From contig CAJFCJ010000099.1 of assembly GCA_904063045.1 (NCBI GenBank), positions 1 to 58,356 of the forward strand: a DNA stretch of 58,356 nt. Reading direction: 5' to 3'. Below are positions 24,037-33,932 of the stretch, one piece after another (position 1 is the stretch's first letter; the number at the start of each line of letters is the position of its first letter). The notes beneath the pieces are model-generated. The model searched no databases and was not told where the DNA came from. It was given only the letters and a program-made list of their open reading frames with translations. This DNA comes from Dimorphilus gyrociliatus (Eukaryota; Animalia; Annelida). The translations under genes and the position numbers were made by a program.

Positions 24037-27000
24037 TTATAATTTTCTGTTTATTAAGATCTTTTTAACAAATTTTCCAAATTTTAATATATCAATTTCT
24101 TCATTTTCTTTAGTTTTTGCCCTGAATTTCTCATAAAAAACAAAATATTGCAAATTTTTTTCCTGTTTCAGTTAAATATTAAATAAATATTATCACAAAA
24201 AAAATCTATACCTTATTTAAATCATAATATATGCAATCTTTAAAATCTTCACATACCAGTGAGAGGTTTTTCTTATGAACAGTAAAAATAGCTTTACATA
24301 AATGTTGACAACATTTGATATATTCAGAATTTTTATATAGTAAATTATTTGAATAATGCAGTTTTTTTAAAAAATCTTTATGCTTAATATTTAAAAAATA
24401 ATTCTCCAAATCTTCATTCATAAAGTTTAGCACTGCAAAAAAAATTGTTTTGGTTTTTTAAATTTGAAAAATGTTCATTTAAAATAAAAAATACATTCAT
24501 TGAAAATGAGATTTTTTGCAGAATTAATAAGACATAATCTATTAATAAAAAACTGGTTTATAGAATAATGTTAGTAGAATCTAGCATTATGCAATATTCA
24601 AATGTACTGTCTAGACTAGATGCCTGTTGGACTGGGAATATTCTGTTAAAGAAATTATAAATTTCTTTAAGTTTTTAACAAAACCCTGTGCTGATATTAT
24701 AATGTCTTTTCATATTTTATTCCCCAGCTGTTTTTTAACCAACACACACCTATAACAGAATCTCATAGAATTCTAGATTCTATCAGTATTTTGTCTAGAA
24801 AATAACTTCAGCATTTTTAAAAGCAAATTAATTTAAATATTTTAACTGTTTTTGCTTCCTTAATTGCTTTCTTAATCGAAGAATGTGAATAAATTCATTA
24901 GTCGAAAAAATGAAAGGATTTAAAAGAGAATTTAATGGAATTAAACAAACAACTATGGCAACATAAATATCATTTTTGAAATGAATCTTAAAAATTTCAG
25001 ACAAAATAGCTTTTTTATGAAAAAAAATTGAAAGTATCAAGAATGCATAAATGTTTTATTTTTAATTCTTACATAATGTTGATACAGGAAACCAACAAAG
25101 CAAGTTTGAAATTGTAATTAGATAAATACTCTTTGAAATAGTTTTTCTATTTTTTTTAGTTGTTGCATGCATTTTAAATGTCAGTGATTTTTTAATTATT
25201 AATATTAATTTAATATATAAAATTGAAATAATAAGACTAAGAATAAAGAGCATAATACCAAAAATATAGAATGAGTAAAGCCATCCAACTGATTTATCAG
25301 ATCTAATTGGTATGTTAAAACAAATTGTAGATTTCTTATAATAAGTCTGAAAACAGAAATTTTTTAATTTGAAATTTTTTGAAAACTTAAATTGGATTCT
25401 CTTACATCGAAAAGTATCAATGGTATTGATGAGAGAATTAAACATATAAAAAGTATTGTAAAGAAAATAATATAATTAAATTTTATAATAATTGGTGTTT
25501 TTAAAGGTGTGCATATAGATTCGTATCTTTCAATTGTTATTAATAATAAAATACATGTTGAAAATAATAGTGAAAATGTTAAAATTGTTCCTAAAAATGA
25601 ACAAAAAACACTTTGCCTCCAAGATTTTTCTATAAATATATATTGATTGCCAGAAAAGTAAAAATCAACTATTGCAACAGTTAAAACATAAAGTGATGTT
25701 AAAAAATCACCAAAATTTAAACATAACCTAAACAATTTTCCAGCAATTTTTCTCTTTAATATAATTGTAAATGATAAGAAATTTCCTAACATTCCTGAAA
25801 TTCCAATTATCCAAAATGTTAATTTTAAAAAATAAGTTGGAATTATATTATGACAAGTAAGAAAAACTGGTGGATTTGGTTTACAAAATATTTCTTGTCC
25901 AAAAATTTTCCAAGCAAGACAACATAATTGAAAATTATCATTTTCTATATAATTCAAATTTATCATATTGTATATGATATGTTGTAAATAATCTGCTGGA
26001 AATATTGTTTCTGCTGCAATGAGATACTCAACGTTTTTTAATGGAGTTAAAGAATTTTTCTCAATAGATAATAGTATACATTTAGTGAATTTAAAAAATT
26101 TTAAATGTTTAAAAGATTTAAATGTGTCCTTTTTTAAAATTCCAACTTTCGTTAATGAAAAATCGAATTTCATAAGATATTTAGTGTGCAATTGATTTAG
26201 AAAATCTAAATTACTGAATGGATTATTTGAAATATTAAAAATTTGAAGTATTTGAAATTTTGAATATATCAAGAAGTTAAAGTTTGTTATATTATTATTT
26301 GAAATATCCATATAAATAATATTTGGCATAATTAATCTTTTTATAGATTTCAATAAGAAATTTTTATGAATAGAAAGAATATGGAGATTAAAATTTTCAT
26401 TGATATTTTCAAATTTAAAATTTCCTTCCAATACAGCTTTTTTTAAATATTGATCAATTTCAAAATGTGATGTTAAATCGATAAATTTACAATTAATCTC
26501 ATAAAGACCATTGTAAGTGCATATACTTTTATTATATTGCATTGTAGGTATTGAACAAGATATTTCATCACTGCCTTTTTCACAATCAACGTTTCCATTG
26601 CAAAGTTGATAATCGCTTAGAAATATTTTCTCATTTCTACATTTAAAATATCCTTTGGCAACAAAGTTTTCTGTTTTTTTTAGGAATCCTTCCTAATAAG
26701 AAACATTTTTTATAAAAATAAAATTTTTCCTTTTTACCACAATGAATTTCATCATCTCCATAAATACATTGGGATAAACCATCACAAATGAGATAGAGTG
26801 GAATACAATAACCTTCCAAATAGCACTTATATTCTCCTATTGAACATTTCATGTCTTCACAATGATACAACTCAGAAAATGGAAATTGAATTCTAGTGAG
26901 AAAATTATTCATAGAATCATATGTAATTTTACATAATTTAGGAATTGATTCCTTAAAAATTTTTATAGATTTGCTAGGATCACAAAAAAATTCATCACTT

Positions 27001-30000
27001 TTATCATGACAGTCAACAAAATAATCACATTCTTTTTCAATTGTTAAACAGAATTCATCACAATCTCTTTGGGTTTTTTTATTGCAATCTTATTGTTTTT
27101 TAATTGTAGAAATATTTATATTTTTATTAATTTGTCAAAAATTGAAAAAATATCTCACAATTGATGTATTTCTCATCAATTGCTTTAGGATGTGAGCATA
27201 ATTCATCACTGTAGTCTATGCAATTTCTTTCATTATCACATACTTGACTTTCATTTATACATTGATTATTATGACATTCTCTAATATAACAATTTTCAAT
27301 AAAAAAAAATAAATTTGTTTTGGAAAATCTAAAATTGGTGTGAATATTTTTAAGAATAAAAAAAATTAACCTTGAGTTTTTATTGCACTGTTGAAAAGCT
27401 TTTAATTAGCAAAAATTGTATTGACAAACACTTTTCTTGTTATAAAGAATTTTTCTACTTACAACAAAATTTTTCATCAGATTTATCTTGACAATCGGGA
27501 AAATAATCGCAAACTAATAGAAAACTAATAATTTCCTTAGAGTCTGAACATTGAAATGTCGGTATTGTTGCATTATCACAATTAATTTCGTCTTCACCAG
27601 ATTGACAATCATAATTTCCATCGCAAATATAAATAGAATTAATACAATAACCATCTTGTTTACATTCAAAATCTCTTTTTAAACAATTGATAGGTTTTTG
27701 TGGAAAATTTAAAGAATATTGATTTATCAATAGAATTTCACTTTCTAAAGTTAATATGAGATTTTTCAAAATATATATGAAAAAAAAACTAACCTAAAAA
27801 CTGTTGACACACGAAGACATTAACTTTTTTATTACATGAAATAGTTGAAATATAAGAATGTGTTGTCCTGAAAAAGTGTATATGTCAAAAAAGTGTTTTT
27901 TTTATTGAATATTTAAAGTTTTTTAAATTTACCATAAATTTTTCATTTCTATCATGACACAGTCATCAACAACTTTGTTTGGTTTTACTATAAAAAATTG
28001 CTCTTTATCAACAAAAAACACATTAATTCTTTTCCTTTTTTCTTGTTTGTCAATATTAGTCAAATGTTCTGCAAATGGTAAAAATTCACTACTTATATTA
28101 CTCATTGTAACAGAGATATTTCTATTTTTGTAGGTTCTTCTTTTAAATTCTAAAAAGAGAAATATTTAGAATTTTGAAATTTCTTGAAAATTTTTTCAAA
28201 ATTTTACTTGTAAAAATATAGGTATTTTCTTGGTTTTCATTTTGAATATCATTATTATTGATAATTTTTGTAAAATATGTTAAATATTGAATAATGTATT
28301 GTTTTTGAAATGATAAAAATGTTAATGATATCATATTATGTGATGTACAAATATTTTGTTGATATTTTATCCTTTTATGTTGTTTAGTAATGAAAATTTT
28401 ATAGCATAAACTCTCAATACTAATCATATTTTTACCAACACATTCAATTTTGTTTGCTGTTTTAAAACAGTTTATAGTTAATTTTCCAATTCTTCTAGAA
28501 ATATCTCTTTTTAAAAATTTAAAATATAACATTTATGTAAAGTAAAAATATTTTATTTTTTCAGGAAAAGGATAGGTTTATAAATCAATTTTGGATAAAC
28601 CTATCCAAATCACTAGTTTTTTTGTACAAACTTTTCAACAATTTGACAATTGTCTATATTTGTTTCATTTTCAGAACACTTCAAATGGGATATAAATATA
28701 TAATAGATGACATAGTCTTTACTTGAATGAAAAAAATCCATTCTTTGTGTAATAAATAATTTACCAGTTGAAAAACCAAAATATTTACATAGTAAATGTA
28801 TGTCAATTGATTGAAACACAGAAATGAAGTAGTTAATGTTAAGTAAAGAGACTTCAATATTTCCAATATATGATGTATAATTATGCTTTTGACCATACAA
28901 TGGTTTATCAATCGAATTTTTTAAATAAAATATTTTTCCTATTGAAATTTTTTGTTTTGTTGTTTTAAAATAAAATATTTATAACAAAAACCTGGTAAAC
29001 TATTTTGTTCTCTGCAATTAAGTTTATAAATTAGAAAACTTCCATCTTTAACTACAATTCTTTTATTAATGAATTTAAAATAACATTTCCAAGTCATATC
29101 ATTGATATTTGGTGAACATCCTTTCAAAATGGCTCCTAATCTCTACAAAATTACAAATTGAATTTAGACAAAATCTTTTGATTTTAAAAAAGGAATATTT
29201 TTTCAAACCGTATTTCTCACTTTAGTTGATTTAAAACCAACGATTGGTCCAGTATATTTGCCCAATGCAAGTTTACAATAGAATGAATTTCCATAGGCAA
29301 ATGAGAGACTTTTATCAAAGATTAATCCCCTGAATCCAATATGTCTCGAGTAGATAACCATTGAATATCCACCCATTGAATACTTTAAGTCATACGATAA
29401 TAGGGTGTCATAATTTATTACTTTTATCTCTGCAATATTAAATGACCATAACTTTTATTCAAAATTAAAATAAATTAAAGAATAATTTTATCTATGACCT
29501 TGAACTTCAAAGTATGAACAATATATAACTTTGGTCAAATTTTTCAATGTTAATGATAAGTATTTGAATGAATTATTTGTATTATTGAATTTTAAAAATT
29601 CAAATTTATCTTCAATTTTCAATTGGAAATCAAGAATTAATATATTGTTTTTACATAGTAATTTTCTGTCCTTTTCAAAAGCAGATATTCGAAAATGTAA
29701 TTGATTTTTCTTTAAAATTAAAGAATAAGTTGATTTAGAATTTTTCATTGCTAAAACGACTAAAATATGGAGGAGAAAGACATATAGGAAATATACGATA
29801 TATTATTTTTTTAGTTCATACAAGTTGAATTTCTTTTGAAACATTTTAAAATTGTTGAAATAATTGAGGGATGTCTAACTTTCTGGCTAAAAAAGGAAAG
29901 AAACATATAGATATTGTTATATTAGGTGCAACTAAATCTTTTTTTATTTATAGTTGCACTGTAATATATTAATAACAATAATAAAAATTTTCATTATTTA

Positions 30001-30333
30001 CAAAGTACAACAACTGGACTGTACATTCAATTTCATTGCTTTTTCACTTAAATTTGTCTCTATATATTCAATATGTGAAAATGAATAAGAAGATTTATTT
30101 TTTGATAATTCATTGCAAAATTCTTTTTTCAACATTTTAAATGTAATTGTTAAATAATTATTATAAAATAATCTTTTTCCTATAACACCATCTTGTAAAC
30201 CATAAATTGAATATTTTGAAAAAAATTCATTTTCTTCTACGAATTCAAAAATTAAATTTTTAAATTTTTTTGTTGAACAACCTATTCGTTGAAATGCAAA
30301 ATTTAGAAAAATAAGAATAATTATTAAATCCAT
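24037..30333 (-). CDS. GRL101-like / LGR-type GPCR, multi-exon, same architecture as paralog A (paralog B)
   Basis: Signal peptide MDLIIILIFLNFAFQRIGC; SRCR-like LLCKYFGFSTG...LKCSENETNIDNC; LDLa motifs CDGNYDCQSGEDEINC, CDYFPDCQDKSDEKFC, CDGLSQCIYGDDEIHC; LRRs; FQLCC hinge; GMLGN; TIERY; CWFP; IPLNSLLNPFIF. Tail exons 24642-24608, 24432-24212, 24162-24037. Confidence 0.88.
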
Positions 30334-30637
30334 AATTGTCTGTTGGATTAAGAAAATTTTTTAAATATATTTTTTTAAAGAAATGTTTCAAATTATATTT
30401 TTAATAGGATTTTAAATTACATTAGTTGCTTTCAAAGTTATATTTTTTAATTGGGATTGTGCATTATGGATAATATATCTGTTTATTAAGATTACATGCA
30501 TTAAATGGAAACATATGAGAAATAGTAAATAGACTATTTAAGGTTTGCTTTGTGTGTCTGAAATTTAGGACAAGACTGCTCTTCTTAAGATTTAAAAGAA
30601 GTCACATAAAGTTTGATTAATCAACTTCTTTGAATCC

Positions 30638-30844
30638 GGGACCGATCGAAAACGGCCATAAATGAAATATTTAAAAGTTAGATTTCAGCCTGGGAAATGG
30701 TTAGGAGGAATAAGATAACTGTTGATATGTTCTTAGGAGGGTCCCATCTAAGGGTTAGGGGTATTAAAAAAGGTTAGGCAAAAACAAGGGCTGGGTTAGG
30801 GTTAGGGTAAAACCATAGATTTATGGCCGTTTTCTACCACATCC
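30638..30844. mobile_element. Mutator-type MITE, telomere-like/G4 family
   Basis: 9-bp TSD tttgaatcc (30629-30637, 30845-30853); TIR gaaaacggccataaat / atttatggccgttttc; contains gggctgggttagggttaggg. Confidence 0.88.
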
Positions 30845-31092
30845 TTTGAATCCTACTCCTCTAAGTTGAATTACTGAAGCAAAGGAACTATTTAGTTTAG
30901 CAAAAAATGTTGAATATATGTTAGGAGTTATTACACTTTTTTTTTACAGTTCATACATTTTGACTTTTCATTAAAGATACAAAACTAGGTCAACATTAAT
31001 ACTTATTCACTACTATTTATTTATGAACAAATCATAATCAATTTCGCTATCTAATCAAAAAATCTTTTTTGATGAATGAAAGAGCTCATTTT

Positions 31093-32310
31093 TTATGAAA
31101 CAATAGGCGACATCAACAGTTTGGCATTCAACATGACAGCTGCTAATGCATCTCTATCTTCTGCTGATAATGCTTGATACTTTTCTTTAATTACTTGCCA
31201 AGTAGTGACTTGAAATGATTTTGTAACCGATTTGAAAGGTATTCCATCTATTGATCCTTCATAGATTGCCTCATTTTTCCAAAATGCTTTTTCATTAAAT
31301 AGACGCTGACCACTTTCATAGAATTTCGAATAAGCCTTTTCATTTTGATCCATAAGAGGCAGATATACACGTGAAATTTCTTCTAATAGTGGTGCCAAAT
31401 CATTGAAGTATTGTGGCTCTACACTTTCCTGATGATAAGTAAAATCAAGATTGGCTAAATGCTGCAACCATTCATAAGTATGAGGAGCGTCTTTTGCAAT
31501 CCAGTTGGCAGCTGATACATCTGATAAATTCATACCCAGTTGCCCATAAATACTAGAATCGGCTAATGTATAACATTCCCCAAAGAGAAATGGTCGACTA
31601 GTAAATATCTTTTCTAATATTTTCAATATTCGGCCAAAACTTTTTTCGAGAAGTTCATGAGTTGGTGGAAAGTCTTCATGAGATGGTGGCTGTAGCTTAG
31701 CGCCTTCAATTTGAAATCCTTCAGGTGCAACACTAAAAAGGTAAGGTAAGCGTCTTGTTTGTCGACTGCTAAAATATGAATCAACTACAAATCCAAAAGG
31801 TCCAATTACGCTTTTTAATTCCCGTCCTAAGCGTTCACCAGCATTATTATCTAAACAAGCTACTTTCCAACGATTATGATGAACGATATATAAGCCCCAA
31901 TCATCAAAGAACTCTTCAATTAAATGCTGAATAAAATCTAATTTAGCATTCTTACCCTTGGCTGGAAAAAGTGTTTTAGACAAAAACAACCCTGAAAAAT
32001 TCTCTAGCCAATCAGCAATAGCCGTCGAATCATATAAAGCTTCGCCATTAGGACCGAATACAAAAGGTACTAATGGAAATTCGTCTTTTTCTCCCATTTT
32101 TGGCCAAGTGAGTGAAACTTTTCCATAAACCAGAGCCATTTTTTTTATCTGAATTTTTATGTTTTCAAAAAATGATCCCTGAGAATAATAGAATTGATGA
32201 GGTATCTCCAAAAAACTGAAGTAGTTCAAAACTTTTAAAGTAAATGGAGAAAGTTCCGATCCCAAAATAATCCATTGTTTGTGGGAAGACTTCGACGGCA
32301 ATTTATACAT
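31093..32310 (-). CDS. Glutathione S-transferase-fold protein, 405 aa, intronless
   Basis: N-terminal GSELSPFTLKV, DSTAIADWLE (GST N-domain signature), LIEEFFDDWG, and the C-domain PFLFGECYTLADSSIYGQL motif. One uninterrupted ORF. Confidence 0.8.
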   Translation of the reverse strand: MYKLPSKSSHKQWIILGSELSPFTLKVLNYFSFLEIPHQFYYSQGSFFENIKIQIKKMALVYGKVSLTWPKMGEKDEFPLVPFVFGPNGEALYDSTAIADWLENFSGLFLSKTLFPAKGKNAKLDFIQHLIEEFFDDWGLYIVHHNRWKVACLDNNAGERLGRELKSVIGPFGFVVDSYFSSRQTRRLPYLFSVAPEGFQIEGAKLQPPSHEDFPPTHELLEKSFGRILKILEKIFTSRPFLFGECYTLADSSIYGQLGMNLSDVSAANWIAKDAPHTYEWLQHLANLDFTYHQESVEPQYFNDLAPLLEEISRVYLPLMDQNEKAYSKFYESGQRLFNEKAFWKNEAIYEGSIDGIPFKSVTKSFQVTTWQVIKEKYQALSAEDRDALAAVMLNAKLLMSPIVS

Positions 32311-33564
32311 TCTTCGTTGTGAACAATTTTTTTACGAATTCAAAAAAAATACACTGTTACACTGTACATTAAACAGAGTTGTCCTACGATAGATAAACAA
32401 TATTGAATTATTATGGACTAGGTACTGATACTACAATACTGTTGATAAGTAGTATTGCTCTGATTTTGAGTGGTTCCGTGCTCCAACTGCATAGCAATCA
32501 TTCTACTTTTGTAAAAAGATAATTGATAAATTGTTCTTAATTCTAATAGGAAGGCAAAGAGAAGATAGTCTAAATGTTATTTGGAAAAACTGGTTCTCTT
32601 TTTGGAGTACTGATTCTATTAAAATAATACTACAGCAACAACAACAAATGGAGTCTAGCTAAGAAAATTTACCCGTCATCATCACTAAAAATTTTTGTTG
32701 TTAAATTTTTATTAAATAATTATATAATATTTAATGTTCAGAAATTAGGTGGATATGTCGACCGTATAGCATTCTTTTTGAGAATATCACAATCAAAATG
32801 TTTCCTATCACTATCTTAAAGTATTCAGTATATGCTATTGAACTATATCCATGAAAAGTCACCAATTGCCATTATATCTTGCTAAAATAGAGAGAGTTAT
32901 AGGAATACAGAAAATCATTAATTGTTTATATTGACAATTGCATTGTCATAGATCAACTGTTGCCAATTCTTATTCCTCATAATATACATTTAGAAATGTT
33001 ACACTTGAAATTAAAACAAGTCCTCTAAATGGGAAAAATACAACAATGGATGCCACTAGTGTTGGTTTAATAAAGTTGAGCATATATGACAAGAATAAGC
33101 CATCTTTTGAATAATAAAATTAAACGTAAAAATATTAAAAAAAAACCTTTTGGTGAAAATGATAAAAGCTTTGGCAAATAGGCCAAACTTACAAATCATA
33201 TACTTAAACCAATTTTTTGAAAACAGGTAAGAATGAGGAGAAAATTGGTGAGTATCTGATAAAAGTATGAGATTTTAGGGAGAAAATATGGAGTTTATAA
33301 AAGAGCTGCTTCAGGGTTTGTACTTTTATCTTGAAACATGTCCAAGCTGTTGGAATATTGTTCAATGATAAAATGCCCCAAATCCAGTGATCTCTTCCAC
33401 TTTTTCCATTTATTGAGTCTGTACACTTTTAGACTATGTCTAATGAATTGATAATGTATGCCTGTATTAGATTATGAGCGGGGTTTATCAATATTTAAAA
33501 GGAATTGTTATAAAACTGGGGTGATCTTTGAATGAGTCAGAAATTCCAAAAAGTACAATTTTTT

Positions 33565-33830
33565 TTAAAAATCGGTTTCAGTATTATATGTAGTATATTG
33601 ATTATTTGTTACAAGTTTGACTATTACAACAATACCACCAACAAATATTCCCATAATGTATGAAACAATGGCAAGGGATTTTGCCGAAGCAGCTCTTCTT
33701 TTTTCTTCCTGATAATTTCCTTCTCTTTTTTGCACTTTTGCTTGCAATACTTAAAAGTAATGCAAAATATTCCAATAATCAAACAACAAGAAAGAGCAGT
33801 TATACTTAAAGTCTTAAAAAAAAAGAATGA
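33565..33830 (-). CDS. CD225/dispanin (IFITM/PRRT-like) family gene, apparently frameshifted
   Basis: TLSITALSCCLIIGIF (CC motif) and GNYQEEKRRAASAKSLAIVSYIMGIFVGGIVVIV lie in different frames; they are joined only by shifts around 33735-33765. Confidence 0.55.
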
Positions 33831-33932
33831 CAAAAGAAAGCTCATTTTTATGTGTAGAAAACAGTATTAAAGGTTAACGACAGACTGCTAATGACAGGTT
33901 GGAGTATTGACAAAATATATACTCCACTCAAC

